A DNA stretch of 64,000 bases from Nitrososphaerota archaeon (GCA_040290255.1 PSMU01000001.1:64001-128000); one strand, 5' to 3'. Counted from the first letter of the stretch, positions 20,226 to 31,526 are shown. Made by a program: numbers and translations. The notes: generated by a model not told the origin, from the letters alone.

Positions 20226-20711
20226 GTGTCCAAGGAACTAAAAGATGAGGAAAGCCTTATCGTCAGGCGCATAAAGGAAGGCACGGTCATCGACCACATA
20301 ACGGCTGGAAGGGCATTGAGGGTGCTGGAGATTCTAGGCATAAGGGGGGAGGCCGATAACGTGGTCACCGTGGCCATAAATGTGCCAAGCCATAAGCTAG
20401 GAAAGAAGGACATAGTGAAGATAGAGGGACGATTTCTTAGTGCCGACGAGACCAATAAGATCGCGCTGATAGCGCCGCATGCGACCATAAACATCATCCG
20501 GGGTTATAGAGTAGTCCAGAAGAGAAAGGTTGAGCTGCCAAAGGAATTCGTGAATGTGTTTCGGTGCCCATACCCAACCTGCGTCAGCAACTCAGCGGCG
20601 GAGCCGATTGTGCCAATCCTCGTTGTCGTATCCGCGGACAGGCCTCAGCTCAGATGCTTTTACTGCTCACGCATTATAGAGGTGGAGGACATCATCAGGC
20701 AGATCGTATAA
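20226..20711 (+). CDS. pyrI: Aspartate carbamoyltransferase regulatory subunit
   Basis: GTVIDHI, GKKDIVKIE, CPYPTC...CFYC. Confidence 0.95.
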   Translation: MSKELKDEESLIVRRIKEGTVIDHITAGRALRVLEILGIRGEADNVVTVAINVPSHKLGKKDIVKIEGRFLSADETNKIALIAPHATINIIRGYRVVQKRKVELPKEFVNVFRCPYPTCVSNSAAEPIVPILVVVSADRPQLRCFYCSRIIEVEDIIRQIV

Positions 20712-20751
20712 GGCGATAAGGCTGGACAGAGGGGGTGGATAAGATGCGTAG

Positions 20752-21069
20752 CTACGGCACCTTGGCCAACATCAGGAAGGCGATGGCCAGCCCGTAAATT
20801 GCTATCGCCTCTCCCAGCGCGGTTATGATCAGCGCGAAGGTCTGCAGTTCTGACTTTTCGGCGGTAGCCGCAAGGCCAGCCGCGCCTGCCCTACCGATGG
20901 CCAGGCCTGCTCCCACGGCGGCCAGCCCGAATCCGAGTCCTATTCCTATCAAGGCAAGCCCCCTTTCAGTAGCTTGCGGCGCGGCTTGGTCCTGCCCAAA
21001 CGAAGGAGCGACGCCGCCAAGGATGAGGCTTAAGGCTAACAGGCCCAGCAGAAGAGTTTGCAAACGCAT
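20752..21069 (-). CDS. atpK: A-type ATP synthase subunit K (c), single hairpin with N-terminal signal-like segment
   Basis: GLGFGLAAVGAGLAIG and ALGEAIAIYG with the ion-binding Glu. Confidence 0.92.
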   Translation of the reverse strand: MRLQTLLLGLLALSLILGGVAPSFGQDQAAPQATERGLALIGIGLGFGLAAVGAGLAIGRAGAAGLAATAEKSELQTFALIITALGEAIAIYGLAIAFLMLAKVP

Positions 21070-21097
21070 GGGACGGCCCTGCCTAGGGCCACGTTAT

Positions 21098-21259
21098 TTA
21101 TATTTTTTCGGCCAGAAGCCTCGCATACTTTTCCAATAGCTCCGAGAGCTTGGCCTTCAACTTGGTCCTGCTCTCCTCGTAAGCTTTACGCAGCCTCTCT
21201 TCCGCGGCGCTGTACTTCTTAGCCATCAGCTCCTCGATCGACTTACGATCCGTCTCTAT
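21098..21259 (-). CDS. Small charged helical protein between atpD and atpK
   Basis: Hand-translated (I/M)ETDRKSIEELMAKKYSAAEERLRKAYEESRTKLKAKLSELLEKYARLLAEKI; start ATA 21259 or ATG 21226. Confidence 0.6.
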   Translation of the reverse strand: METDRKSIEELMAKKYSAAEERLRKAYEESRTKLKAKLSELLEKYARLLAEKI

Positions 21260-21903
21260 TGCCCCTCACCCCTAGCGAGCACCGCCTTTACCCTCTTTAA
21301 CCTTACGAACTCCTCCCTTTCGCGCTCCTCTAGCACAGAGGATATGAACTTCATGCGCTCTTTGTAGGTGGGTATTATGACATACTCGAGCGCGTTAATT
21401 AACCTCTGAGTCCTCTCAAGCTCCTTGGCAAGCCTGATGATCGTGCTCTCCAGCTCGGCGGCCTTCACGAGAAGGGGGAATGTATCCTTCATATGAAAGA
21501 CGTACTCATCGAGCTCAGGAGGAGTGTCAGCGAAGCCGTATTGTATTGGGCTCTCGGACTTCCTATTCACGAGACGTATCGAGGGCATATCTATGTCTAA
21601 GACCCTCTTCAGTTCTATTTCTACCTCATACAACGGGGGGGTGGTCGCAGCGATGGAGAAGATCCTAGAGGAGCCGGCCTTTAATAGCGCCGCCAGATAC
21701 AGGCCGTATGCCCGCTCCAAGGAACCCTGCAGTAGGCCCGAGACCTTTTCCGATTCATCCACGACCTCCTCTAATTTCTTCAATATCACCTCCCTTTTAT
21801 CCTCTAGGATCCTATGCACGGCTTCAGCCACCTTTACGCTGCGCTTGAGCCTTATCAGCTCGATCTTAGTCGGCTGAACCTTGCCCCCCAGCGTCTGGGA
21901 CAT
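21256..21903 (-). CDS. atpD: A-type ATP synthase subunit D
   Basis: PTKIELIRLK, TQRLINALEYVIIP, LEEREREEF.RLK. Confidence 0.95.
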   Translation of the reverse strand: MSQTLGGKVQPTKIELIRLKRSVKVAEAVHRILEDKREVILKKLEEVVDESEKVSGLLQGSLERAYGLYLAALLKAGSSRIFSIAATTPPLYEVEIELKRVLDIDMPSIRLVNRKSESPIQYGFADTPPELDEYVFHMKDTFPLLVKAAELESTIIRLAKELERTQRLINALEYVIIPTYKERMKFISSVLEEREREEFVRLKRVKAVLARGEGQ

Positions 21904-21905
21904 GC

Positions 21906-23312
21906 CTACGGGGTGGCGCCGGCCGTCCTGTAGTAGCGCTTTATGTGCGCAGGCTTTATTTTAGTTAGCTCGGCTTCAGGCAGCGTCGAAAGGATGTCCC
22001 AAGCCAGGTCCAGCGTCTGCTCGATGGTTCTATTTTCATTGGGGGCCTGCTTCAGGAAGCGCTGCTCGAAGGCCTCGCCGAATTCTATATATTTTAGGTC
22101 GATCGGGCTCAGGCTGGCCCTGCCCACTATCTCCGCAAGCGCCCTTATATCTTGGGCCCTGGCGTAAGCGCTGTAGAGCTGATTGCTCACATCAGCATGG
22201 TCCTCCCTAGTTTTGCCGGCGCCTATGCCATCTTTCATCAGCCTGCTTAAGGACATCAGGACGTTCACCGGCGGGTATATGCCACGGTTGTATAACTCGC
22301 GCCCAAGCACGATCTGCCCTTCAGTTATGTAGCCTGTGAGGTCAGGAATAGGGTGCGTTATGTCGTCCGCAGGCATCGATAGAATGGGCATCTGAGTTAT
22401 GCTACCCTTCTTGCCCTTTATCCTGCCGGCGCGCTCATAGATGGTGGCTAAATCCGTATAGAGATAGCCGGGGTAACCCTTTCTCCCTGGCACCTCTTCG
22501 CGTGCGGCGCTGATCTCCCTAAGCGCCTCCGCATAGTTGGTCATATCGGTAAGCACTACGAGCACATGCATGCCGGCTTCATAGGCAAGATGCTCTGCAA
22601 CCGTCAACGCTACGCGAGGAGTCACCACGCGCTCTATGGCTGGGTCGTCGGCCAAGTTCAGGAAGAGGACGCTACGCTTTAGAGCGCCCGTAGCTTCAAG
22701 GCTGCGCCTGAAGAAGGCCGCCTCAGAGTACTGCACGCCTATGGCCGCGAAGACCACCGCGAATTCTTCGCCCGTCACGACGGTAGCCTGCGAAGCTATC
22801 TGCGCGGCCAACATGGCGTGAGGAAGGCCGGCGCCCGAGAAGATGGGCAGCTTCTGCCCCCTCACAAGGGTATTCATGCCATCAAGGACTGAGACGCCGG
22901 TCTGTATGAAGTCCGTTGGATAATCCCTCCTTTCGGGATTGATAGGGGCGCCATTCACATCTTGGTAAGATGCGCCTATAGGCTCCGGCAGCCCATCCAA
23001 GGGCCTGCCCAGCCCATCGAGGACCCTGCCTAAGTAGTCCTCCGAAACAGGTATCTTGAGCGTCTCACCGGTAAACCGCACTTTGGTGGATGTAGTCGAG
23101 AGTCCTAGGGTGCCTTCGAAGACTTGAACCACCGCCAAGCCCTTGCCCGTTTCTAGGACACGGCCCAGACGCCTTTCGCCATCCTGCGTCTCTATCTCCA
23201 CCAGCTCTTCATAGGCTGCTCTCTCCACTCCCCCTACGACCAGTAAGGGGCCCCTGATCTCCCTAATGCTAGTATACTCTATTCCTCCGCGTGTGCCCTT
23301 GACCTCAGGCAA
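21906..23312 (-). CDS. atpB: A-type ATP synthase subunit B
   Basis: [33 protein letters not shown]. Confidence 0.97.
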   Translation of the reverse strand: MPEVKGTRGGIEYTSIREIRGPLLVVGGVERAAYEELVEIETQDGERRLGRVLETGKGLAVVQVFEGTLGLSTTSTKVRFTGETLKIPVSEDYLGRVLDGLGRPLDGLPEPIGASYQDVNGAPINPERRDYPTDFIQTGVSVLDGMNTLVRGQKLPIFSGAGLPHAMLAAQIASQATVVTGEEFAVVFAAIGVQYSEAAFFRRSLEATGALKRSVLFLNLADDPAIERVVTPRVALTVAEHLAYEAGMHVLVVLTDMTNYAEALREISAAREEVPGRKGYPGYLYTDLATIYERAGRIKGKKGSITQMPILSMPADDITHPIPDLTGYITEGQIVLGRELYNRGIYPPVNVLMSLSRLMKDGIGAGKTREDHADVSNQLYSAYARAQDIRALAEIVGRASLSPIDLKYIEFGEAFEQRFLKQAPNENRTIEQTLDLAWDILSTLPEAELTKIKPAHIKRYYRTAGATP

Positions 23313-25089
23313 CTCTCTCCACCACCTTTCCTAGGAGGGCCTTGAACGCCTCCTCCACTTCCTTCTTCAGGACGTCTAATTTTTCCAACTCCTTCTCGGA
23401 GACCTCAAACCGCGCCCTCATCAGCGAGGAGATTACTGGGAGGGACCGTATGCGGGAGAGCGGAACTCCCTTCTGCAAGGCCAGGTTGGCGTTCTTATAG
23501 AAGGTCAGCAGGAGGTCGAGCAGCTTCACCTGCTTTAGGGGACTACAGTAAGCATCTATTTCGTCAAAGGCGTTCTGCTGAAGGAAGCCCTCCTTTATTA
23601 TACGCGCTACGTCTAAGATCAGCTTCTCCGAGTCGGGCAGGGCCTCAGGCCCCAGCAGCCTGACGATTTCCCTCAGCGCGTCCTCCCTGAGGAGCACCTC
23701 ATAAGCTAGGCTTCTCTTCTCGTACCATTGCCTATCCACGTTCTCTATCCACCAGTGCTTGACCTGCTCGACGTATCCGCTGTAACTCTGCACCCAGTTT
23801 ATTGCAGGATAATGCCTGGAATACGCGAGCTTCGTATCGAGTGCCCAGAATACCTTTATGAAGCGCAAAGTGTTCATAGTTACCGGCTCAGTGAAGTCAG
23901 CTCCTGAAGGAGATACCGCGCCGATGATGGTGACGGAACCCATTCGCTCTGGTGTGCCTAGAGCCTTAACCCTTCCAGCCCTCTCATAGAACTCAGCCAG
24001 CCGGCTAGCCAAGTAGGGCGGAAATCCCTCCTCCGCCGGCATTTCTTCTAGCCTCCCGCTAACTTCCCTTAGGGCTTCGGCCCACCTGCTCGTAGAATCG
24101 GCCACAAGCACCACATCATAGCCCTGGTCCCTATAGTACTCAGCAATGGTAACACCTGTATAAATGCTGGCCTCGCGAGCTGCCACGGGCATATTGCTTG
24201 TGTTGGCTATCAGCACGGTCCGCTCCATGAGGGGCCTGCCGCTGTAGGGATCCTTTAACTCGGGGAATCTGACTAGGACCTCGGTCATCTCATTTCCGCG
24301 TTCGCCGCACCCTATGTATATCACTACCTTAGCGTCAGCCCAAGCGGCGATCTGATGTAATGTTACCGTCTTACCGGTGCCGAACCCGCCCGGTATCGCC
24401 CCCGTCCCTCCCTTCGCCATTGGGAAGAGGGTATCTAAGATCCTCTGGCCAGTTATAAGTGGAAGTGTGGGATCGAGCCTCTCTAGATAGGGCCTAGCTC
24501 TTCGCACAGGCCACAGGTGATAAAGGAAGAGGTCCGAACGAACGCCATCACGCTCGATCCTAGCCACCGGATCCTTCAAGGTGTACTTCCCATCCTTTAC
24601 TATATCGATCACTATCCCGTGCATGTGAGGCGGAGCTAAGATCTTGTGTTCCACAATGGGCGTTTCCTGAACAAAGCCCAACACATCGCCGCCTGTAAGC
24701 TTCGCGCCCTTGCTTATCAGGGGCCTAAACTCCCACTTGACATCCTGATCTAGAGCCGGAACCGAGATGCCTCGCCTTATGAAGTGTCCGCTGATCTTGG
24801 AAAGCAGCGAGAGGGGGCGTTGTATGCCATCAAAGATGGTGCCTAAAAGGCCTGGGCCCAGCGAAACCGAAAGGGGCTGACCTGTGGAATAGACGGGATC
24901 CCCGGGCCTAAGCCCCGAAGTGCTCTCATAGACCTGTATGAAAGCTATGTCGCCGGAAAGCCTGACGATCTCTCCGATCAACTTATCCTCGCCTACCTTC
25001 ACTACCTCGTACATCTTAGGGTTGGGCAGACCGGAGGCCTTTACCAGAGGGCCGCTCACGTAGATGACGGCGCCCTTAGCTGTCTCCAT
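23305..25089 (-). CDS. atpA: A-type ATP synthase subunit A (no intein)
   Basis: [29 protein letters not shown]. Confidence 0.97.
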   Translation of the reverse strand: METAKGAVIYVSGPLVKASGLPNPKMYEVVKVGEDKLIGEIVRLSGDIAFIQVYESTSGLRPGDPVYSTGQPLSVSLGPGLLGTIFDGIQRPLSLLSKISGHFIRRGISVPALDQDVKWEFRPLISKGAKLTGGDVLGFVQETPIVEHKILAPPHMHGIVIDIVKDGKYTLKDPVARIERDGVRSDLFLYHLWPVRRARPYLERLDPTLPLITGQRILDTLFPMAKGGTGAIPGGFGTGKTVTLHQIAAWADAKVVIYIGCGERGNEMTEVLVRFPELKDPYSGRPLMERTVLIANTSNMPVAAREASIYTGVTIAEYYRDQGYDVVLVADSTSRWAEALREVSGRLEEMPAEEGFPPYLASRLAEFYERAGRVKALGTPERMGSVTIIGAVSPSGADFTEPVTMNTLRFIKVFWALDTKLAYSRHYPAINWVQSYSGYVEQVKHWWIENVDRQWYEKRSLAYEVLLREDALREIVRLLGPEALPDSEKLILDVARIIKEGFLQQNAFDEIDAYCSPLKQVKLLDLLLTFYKNANLALQKGVPLSRIRSLPVISSLMRARFEVSEKELEKLDVLKKEVEEAFKALLGKVVERVA

Positions 25090-25705
25090 GCCTGACCAAC
25101 CTGTAGATTTCAGCCCGTATATCTGCCTTAGCCCTCTGTAGCCTAGCTTCGACCGTATTATTGACGGCCAGCTTACCGTCTAAGCTCACGAGCCTTAGCC
25201 CTCCTGCGGTTATAATGTGGTCCTTGGCCATCTTCAGGGCGTAACCTCTGGCGTTAAACTCATGTAACAGATCCTCCATAAGCTTTGAATCCTCGGCAGC
25301 CACCTCTACGTAGCCCTCCCTTATCCCGCTAAGCCCCAACGCCTCCTCAAGTAGCTTTGCCAGAACCAGCCTATATTTCTTTGGCTGGCGTCTTAATTCA
25401 CCTAGCCTTCGCTTTGCTTCCTCCAGCACCTCCTCCATATACCCTTCTAGCTTTCCCAGCGAGACCTGTTTTAGCTCCAGTTCAAGCTGTGCTGCCTGTT
25501 GTCTCTTGTAGGACTCCGCTTCCTCTGTTATCTCATTCAGTTTGGCGATCAGGGAGGCCAGGCGGGCCTTTCGCTCCTTATCGAGTTCTTCCAAAAGGCC
25601 CTGAAAATATTGTTTCAGCTGCTCTTCGATACGGCGTTCTAGATCGCCTACTACCTCTGAAAGCAGGGAATGCGCTCTCTCCCTGCCACTTTCGCCGGCG
25701 CTCAT
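25076..25705 (-). CDS. atpE: A-type ATP synthase subunit E
   Basis: Coiled-coil N-terminus, GGL...DG...NNT.EARL. Confidence 0.85.
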   Translation of the reverse strand: MSAGESGRERAHSLLSEVVGDLERRIEEQLKQYFQGLLEELDKERKARLASLIAKLNEITEEAESYKRQQAAQLELELKQVSLGKLEGYMEEVLEEAKRRLGELRRQPKKYRLVLAKLLEEALGLSGIREGYVEVAAEDSKLMEDLLHEFNARGYALKMAKDHIITAGGLRLVSLDGKLAVNNTVEARLQRAKADIRAEIYRLVRHGDS

Positions 25706-25998
25706 ACTCCTAGTATTTGCTTTATCAATTTCCTATAATCTCTGGCCTTAGAAGCGGCCCCCGGCCTAGGCACCGAGAAGATCAAGGGCAGTGACCTTGA
25801 CTTTCTCGTCTCGGTCAGGAAGCCTTCTAGAGGAGCTGCGAGGTTCTCGTCCAATAAGATAAGGCCCACATCGCTGGCCCTGCTCAGTTCGGTCAACATA
25901 TCCTTAGCTTGCTCCGCGTCGCTCACTGCGTAGCCCTCGATGCCTGTTAACCGAAGGCCATTGACGAATACCTCGTCGCCAACAGCTATTATCTTCAC
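25702..25998 (-). CDS. atpF: A-type ATP synthase subunit F
   Basis: MKIIAVGDE.FV.GLRL.G, P.I..VP. Confidence 0.9.
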   Translation of the reverse strand: MKIIAVGDEVFVNGLRLTGIEGYAVSDAEQAKDMLTELSRASDVGLILLDENLAAPLEGFLTETRKSRSLPLIFSVPRPGAASKARDYRKLIKQILGV

Positions 25999-26070
25999 GC
26001 CTGGCCGATAGAGGGCGCCGCCTTAAAGTTATCGGGGTGTAATAATTTAAGAGGGGAAGCGCGGGCTCCC

Positions 26071-28122
26071 GTGAGGCTCATGCCGCTTGAGAAGGTAGCC
26101 AGAGTGGCCATCGTGATCCCGCGTTCGGCCATCCTCGATGTTAGCCGCGCACTTGCATCGCTGGGGCTCGTGCATTTAGCGCAGGATGAAGGGTTCACCA
26201 GCGATAGGAGGGTGGCGGAGCTTCTTGCAGGCCTTAGAGGGCTATTGGTATCGCTAGATACCGTGGCCAGGGACCTGTCGCTCAAAGAGGAGAGGCCCAT
26301 AGTGCATCAGATACTAAGGGGGAGAATAAATGAAGTCAGGAGCTTTGACGTAGCCGCCTGGGAGGCTTTCTTTGAGAGCGTGAGGGAAGAGGCCCGGCCC
26401 ATAATTGAAGCCCTTAGCGAACTTTTTAGAAGGGAGAGGGAGCTTAGCGCCACAATAGAGAGCAAGAGGAGCCTGCTCGCCTCTCTCGCCGTTCTAAGGG
26501 AGCTGGATTATGACCTCTCTCGACTCAAGAGAAGCAGGTACCTTAGGCCCCTCATTGTCTCCGTGCCGAAAGGTGCAAAGGAGGAACTCCTGCGCTCCTT
26601 AAGCAAGGCAGCCCACTATACGGTCTATGAAGATGAAAGGGTAGCTGTCCTCCTGTTGATCGTGCTGCCGAGTCAAGAAAAGGAGCTGGACAGGATAATG
26701 AAGGTTTTGGGGGCAACTCCCCTGCCTCTTGAGGATCTGCCCGAGGTAAACCCCTCTAAGTTGACGCAGAGACTACGGCTTGAGTTATCGGAGCTGGAGC
26801 GGGAATTGCAAGCGGTAAGACGAAGCATAGGCGAGATGGCTAGGGAGAAAGGGGAACAGATCCTAACGCTGAGAGAGGCCTGCAGCTTAGCCCTGGGTTA
26901 CTTGGAAAAGGTGGCAAGGGTTGGCACTCTAAAATACTTCGGCGTCCTTAAGGCCTATGTGCCTTTAAGGATGCTCGATGAGCTTAAGCGCAAGCTAACT
27001 AAGGGCGTGATTATAGTGGAGGATGATCGTCCTAAAGAGGCGCCCACTTTGATGAGTAACCCGCGTTGGGCCAAGGCCTTTGAGTTGGTCACCTTAGCGC
27101 AGGGCCCGCCTGCACATACGGAAATTGACCCAACGCCGATCATCGCCTTCATCTTCCCTATCTTCTACGGGCTTATGTTCGCCGATGCGGGACAGGGACT
27201 TATACTGGCGCTCGCTGGCCTGCTAGTCGCTCAAAGGCTGGAGCCGCGGTATAGGAGGTGGGGGATATTGCTGTTAACATGTGGCATCTCGGCCACTGTA
27301 GGTGGTTTACTGACCGGTGAGGCCTTCGGCCTAAAGCTCGCGGAATTGAACTTCGGCCCGATCACTGAATTCTTGGCCGCGATCAGCGTGCTTAGGCTTG
27401 AAACCACCGAGGACATCATCAGAATTCTAGCGCTCTCGGTTTGGATGGGGGCCCTGCATCTGGCCTTAGCCTTCCTTTTGGACGTCCAAAGGAGCCTTAA
27501 AGAAAGTAAGAGGGTGAAGGCGCTGACCCTGAGCTTGCCCACCTTCCTTCTCTACGCAGTAGTAGGTACCCTTTTCGCTACGGGCTTGGTTGCTTCAAAC
27601 TATAGCTTTGGGCTCTTATTGACTAATGATGCGTCGCATCCTCTACTGCCGCTTCTCTCTATCGGTCAGGTGACGAGGACGATTGTGCTGCCGCTGGGCA
27701 TCGTCCTCTCCCTATTGATAGCTCTGAGCCATCTTCTCTCCATCAAGGCCGGCGAGGAGGCGGGCAGGCTGACGGATGCCTTAATTCTGGGGCCCATAGA
27801 GTGGTTTCTGCGCATCACCGAGTTCCTAGCGAATAGCATAAGCTATGTTCGAATAGGGATCATGCTGCTTGCCCACGCGGTGGTAATGGGCATCGTTGCA
27901 ACTCTTTACGGCTACCCCGCTTTCCTGCCCCTCGCAGTACTGGGCAATATAGGCGTCATGTTGCTAGAGGGGCTCATCGTCTATGTGCAAGCCCTCAGGC
28001 TTCATGTTTATGAATGGTTTACCAAGTTTTATGAAGGTAAGGGGACGATCTTCCAGGGGCTCTCCCTGACGGGCAGAAGGGCTAAAATCATATTCGTAGC
28101 GCTAGCGGGGGCTGGGAAGTGA
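26071..28122 (+). CDS. atpI: A-type ATP synthase subunit I (a)
   Basis: EIDPTP, FYGLMFADAGQG, NSISYVR, QALRLHVYEWFTKFYEG. Confidence 0.95.
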   Translation: MRLMPLEKVARVAIVIPRSAILDVSRALASLGLVHLAQDEGFTSDRRVAELLAGLRGLLVSLDTVARDLSLKEERPIVHQILRGRINEVRSFDVAAWEAFFESVREEARPIIEALSELFRRERELSATIESKRSLLASLAVLRELDYDLSRLKRSRYLRPLIVSVPKGAKEELLRSLSKAAHYTVYEDERVAVLLLIVLPSQEKELDRIMKVLGATPLPLEDLPEVNPSKLTQRLRLELSELERELQAVRRSIGEMAREKGEQILTLREACSLALGYLEKVARVGTLKYFGVLKAYVPLRMLDELKRKLTKGVIIVEDDRPKEAPTLMSNPRWAKAFELVTLAQGPPAHTEIDPTPIIAFIFPIFYGLMFADAGQGLILALAGLLVAQRLEPRYRRWGILLLTCGISATVGGLLTGEAFGLKLAELNFGPITEFLAAISVLRLETTEDIIRILALSVWMGALHLALAFLLDVQRSLKESKRVKALTLSLPTFLLYAVVGTLFATGLVASNYSFGLLLTNDASHPLLPLLSIGQVTRTIVLPLGIVLSLLIALSHLLSIKAGEEAGRLTDALILGPIEWFLRITEFLANSISYVRIGIMLLAHAVVMGIVATLYGYPAFLPLAVLGNIGVMLLEGLIVYVQALRLHVYEWFTKFYEGKGTIFQGLSLTGRRAKIIFVALAGAGK

Positions 28123-28439
28123 GCGAAGCTCTAAAGAGCGTTCTCGAAGCGCTGGAGAACTTCGAGAAGGAGGCGGATCGAATAGTTGAGAGCATCGACG
28201 AGGAGAAAAGAATGCTTAGGGCGTTGCTCGACCAAACCTTAGCTGAGCTCAGGGTCGAGGAGGAGAGGTTGATACAGGCCGTCAGGGAGCGCGCCCTGAT
28301 GGGTGCGAAGCAAGAGGCCGAGAGGGTCAAGGCCGAGAGAATGAGGCAGTTTAATGACCAATTACGGGCCATGGAAGAGAAGTTAAGGGCGCACAAAGAA
28401 AATGTGATCAGGATGATAGAGGGCATCGTGCTTCCATGA
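28119..28439 (+). CDS. A-type ATP synthase subunit H/G-like (peripheral stalk)
   Basis: Charged coiled coil, translationally coupled between atpI and atpC. Confidence 0.7.
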   Translation: MSEALKSVLEALENFEKEADRIVESIDEEKRMLRALLDQTLAELRVEEERLIQAVRERALMGAKQEAERVKAERMRQFNDQLRAMEEKLRAHKENVIRMIEGIVLP

Positions 28440-29515
28440 GGTTGAGGGTAAAGGAGGAGGCCTCTAGCCTCTACGCCACGATAAGGAGTTATGCTTTACG
28501 GGGCAAACTTCTGTCCTATAAGAATCTCGCAGAGCTGGCCGAGGCTCTAAGCTTAGATGACCTTGTCAATAAATTAAAGCTTCTACCATACAAGGACGCA
28601 CTTGCGTCCCTCGAGGCGCCCTATAGCGCTCGCGATATAGAAAAGGCACTTATTACGGATCTCGCCAAACTGCACCTATCGTTGGCTAAGGCGTCTGGCA
28701 GTAAGCTTCTCTTTGCCTACTATCGAAAGTATAGGGCGCTCAATATCAAGGGTATAGTCAGGGCAGTTTTGATGAATAAGGGCTTCGAGGAAATCAAGGA
28801 GTTAGTCAACTTGGATATTGAGGCGCTGGTGGGAACTAGGGACAGAATCTTGAAGCTCATGCAAGCCCGAAGCTTGGATGAGTGCGTAGAGGCATCAAGT
28901 GGCGATGAGTTCTTTCCCGAGATAAGGTTACTGCAGCAACTTAACAGAGCCGGACAGGCACTAGACCCACAGCTCTTGGACGTTATCATAGAGCGGGCCG
29001 TGATGCGCGATATCGCTGTAAATCTTTTCGAAGATGAAGGAAGGAAGTATCTGAATCTGGCCGGATTCGAACTCGATTCATATAATCTCATGGCTCTTTT
29101 ACGCGGGAAATCCTCCAATCTGCCGCAGGGAAGATTAAGGGAGCTGGTCGTCAGACCGGGCTATAGGCTTGACGCCGCGACCATTAATAGAATCATCGCC
29201 GCGCCCGATTTGGAAGACGCCATACGCGCGGTCCGGGGCTCCGTCTTCGCGGGTCTGATAGCGCGACTTCCGCAGGGTCAGAACCCCATCGAGGCGATTG
29301 AAGCCGTCCTCAGGGAGGAGCTGCTTAAAAGAGCGCGTGGCACCTTCGCGTGGAGAGCGCTGGGCGAAGAATGCATCTTGGCGATCATTCTGCTAAAGCA
29401 AGAAGAAGTGAGGCTGCTCAGTGGCCTGGTATGGGCGGTCCAAGAAAGGGTGCCCGCCAAGACCATCGCGGATACCTTGCTAAGCCACATAAAGCGCGTC
29501 GAAGAGGCGCGATAG
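28436..29515 (+). CDS. atpC: A-type ATP synthase subunit C
   Basis: YATIRSYALRGKLL N-terminus, D.YNL..LLRGK, K.EEVR.L; operon context. Confidence 0.85.
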   Translation: MRLRVKEEASSLYATIRSYALRGKLLSYKNLAELAEALSLDDLVNKLKLLPYKDALASLEAPYSARDIEKALITDLAKLHLSLAKASGSKLLFAYYRKYRALNIKGIVRAVLMNKGFEEIKELVNLDIEALVGTRDRILKLMQARSLDECVEASSGDEFFPEIRLLQQLNRAGQALDPQLLDVIIERAVMRDIAVNLFEDEGRKYLNLAGFELDSYNLMALLRGKSSNLPQGRLRELVVRPGYRLDAATINRIIAAPDLEDAIRAVRGSVFAGLIARLPQGQNPIEAIEAVLREELLKRARGTFAWRALGEECILAIILLKQEEVRLLSGLVWAVQERVPAKTIADTLLSHIKRVEEAR

Positions 29516-29523
29516 GCTGTTGC

Positions 29524-30228
29524 TCACCTATGGGTTATAAGCGTCCCCTGGCTCACGCCCTTCAGCACATTTGTTATGATGGAGGGGTCACACTTTGTTA
29601 TTCGTGTGGGTATCTTGGATCTCGATATTATCTTAAGGGCAACGAGGTCCAAGAGCTCATACGTGCCCGCTTTGCTTCCAGCTCTCATCAGAAGCTTGTA
29701 TAGCTGAGGTACCGTAACTGTCTCAAGAAGCTTAGCCTTCCTATCTATCTTAGGATCCCGGCTGAACACCCCTTCTACATCGGTCGCGATTAGGAGAAGA
29801 TCGCTTCTAATTCTTTCCGCGGCCAGCGCCGCGACGGCTGAAGTGCTGTGTCCAGGGTGCAGCCCTCCCAAGACCACTATGGGGTAATGCCTTAATTTAT
29901 CCACCATCTCATCTAGGCCCGAGGGTACTGCGGGACAGGCTAGGGGTGCCAAGGCCCCAGCGAACAGAGCCGCGTGCAGCCTCGCGACACCGATGCCTAT
30001 GCTGTCAAGCGACGTCTCATCCAGCCCGAGAGTTCTTCCAACCTTTATCAGGGAGCGGGCGAGCTCCCCACCTCCCGCAACGACGACCAGCCTTTCGAAG
30101 AGCCCTCTATCCTGCGCCTCACGAAGTGTGATGCTAAAGCGCCTTAAGTTCGCCTCCAAGCGCTGGGGATCAAAAAGGTGACCGGTCAGCTTTAGCACTA
30201 CGTTTTTATAAACGGGCATGCCATGCAT
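29524..30228 (-). CDS. pyrH: Uridylate kinase
   Basis: VVAGGG..AR, GGLHPGHST.AVAA, TDVEGV...DP. Confidence 0.92.
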   Translation of the reverse strand: MHGMPVYKNVVLKLTGHLFDPQRLEANLRRFSITLREAQDRGLFERLVVVAGGGELARSLIKVGRTLGLDETSLDSIGIGVARLHAALFAGALAPLACPAVPSGLDEMVDKLRHYPIVVLGGLHPGHSTSAVAALAAERIRSDLLLIATDVEGVFSRDPKIDRKAKLLETVTVPQLYKLLMRAGSKAGTYELLDLVALKIISRSKIPTRITKCDPSIITNVLKGVSQGTLITHR

Positions 30229-30263
30229 GCTGTCGGCATCTGAATATAAGGGTTGAGAGTAGG

Positions 30264-31526
30264 ATGGAAGGAAAGGTAGATCTGAAGTCTCTACAGAGCC
30301 TGAAGATAAAGCGCGCCTTAAACGAGCTGGCCCAAATAAGAGGTAGGGGGACCGAGCTGATTTCGCTTTACATACCTCCTAAAAAGGCCCTCAGCGACGT
30401 GATGAATGAGTTAAGAAATGAGTGGGGAACAGCCTCCAATATTAAATCTGATGTTACAAGGAGTCACGTACAGGACGCACTAACGAAAATAATGCAGCGC
30501 TTAAAGCTTTACAATAGACCCCCTCCCAATGGCCTTATCATCTTCGCAGGAGCTTTGCCTAGAAATGGGCCAGGAACTGAGGCCGTCAAGATCTTCGAAA
30601 TAGTGCCCCCAAAGCCCGTCCAAGTATACCTGTACAGGTGCGACGATCACTTCCATTTGGAACCCCTCAGAGACATGCTTAAGCATGAGAAGGTCTACGG
30701 CCTGATCTCGATCGATGCCACGGAAGCGGGCCTGGCGGTAATATCGGGCGAGAGAGTCCAAGTCCTGGATGTCATCACATCCGGAGTTGGCGGTAAGACA
30801 CGCAAGGGGGGACAGTCGGCCAGAAGGTATGAGAGGGAAAGAGAGATGTATCTCACCTACTATTTTCAGAGGGTGGCCGAGTATGCCAATAAGTACTTCC
30901 TGCAGGACTATAACGTCGAGGGCCTTATAGTGGCTGGCCCGGGCTTTACCAAAGACGACTTTCTTAAAGCCGGGTATCTAAACTATCAGTTGAAGAACAA
31001 AATCCTCGCCACTTTAAACACCTCCTATGCAGGCAGAGAGGGAATAAGGGAACTTCTCGATAAACTAACAGAGGTCATGAGCGGAGTTAGGGTCTTTGAG
31101 GAGAAGAAGCTCATCGATAAAGTGCTCAAGACCCTAAGCGAGAATCCTTCCTACGTGGTGCTAGAGCCGCCGCGGATCCTAGAGCTTATGGATAAGGGGT
31201 TGGTGCAGGTAGTGCTCGTCTCCGGTAAGCTGGAAATGAACTATCTGGAGGTAAGCTGCAAGGCCTGCGGCCTTATCGAAAGGCATTTGGTCGATAAAGC
31301 AACATATATGGTGAAGAGGGATGAGCTGATAGGATCCTCATGCAAAGCATGCGGTTCTACGGAAAGGGAGGTAAGGGAGAAAGACCTAACCGAGCTTCTT
31401 GAGGAAAAGGCCTTAGAACATAACGTACAGGTAGAGGTCATCTCGGAGGAAACCGAAGCAGGTCAGATCCTCTCAAATATGGGGGGAATGGTGGCCCTGC
31501 TAAGGGCACTGCCGCAACGCCCATAG
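30264..31526 (+). CDS. prf1: Peptide chain release factor aRF1
   Basis: ASNIKS, YRCD, GGQSARR. Confidence 0.97.
   Translation: MEGKVDLKSLQSLKIKRALNELAQIRGRGTELISLYIPPKKALSDVMNELRNEWGTASNIKSDVTRSHVQDALTKIMQRLKLYNRPPPNGLIIFAGALPRNGPGTEAVKIFEIVPPKPVQVYLYRCDDHFHLEPLRDMLKHEKVYGLISIDATEAGLAVISGERVQVLDVITSGVGGKTRKGGQSARRYEREREMYLTYYFQRVAEYANKYFLQDYNVEGLIVAGPGFTKDDFLKAGYLNYQLKNKILATLNTSYAGREGIRELLDKLTEVMSGVRVFEEKKLIDKVLKTLSENPSYVVLEPPRILELMDKGLVQVVLVSGKLEMNYLEVSCKACGLIERHLVDKATYMVKRDELIGSSCKACGSTEREVREKDLTELLEEKALEHNVQVEVISEETEAGQILSNMGGMVALLRALPQRP

Noticed and set aside
23305-25089. Inteins in atpA (also checked rtcB and cdc6)
   Set aside because: Proteins are of normal length with continuous motifs.
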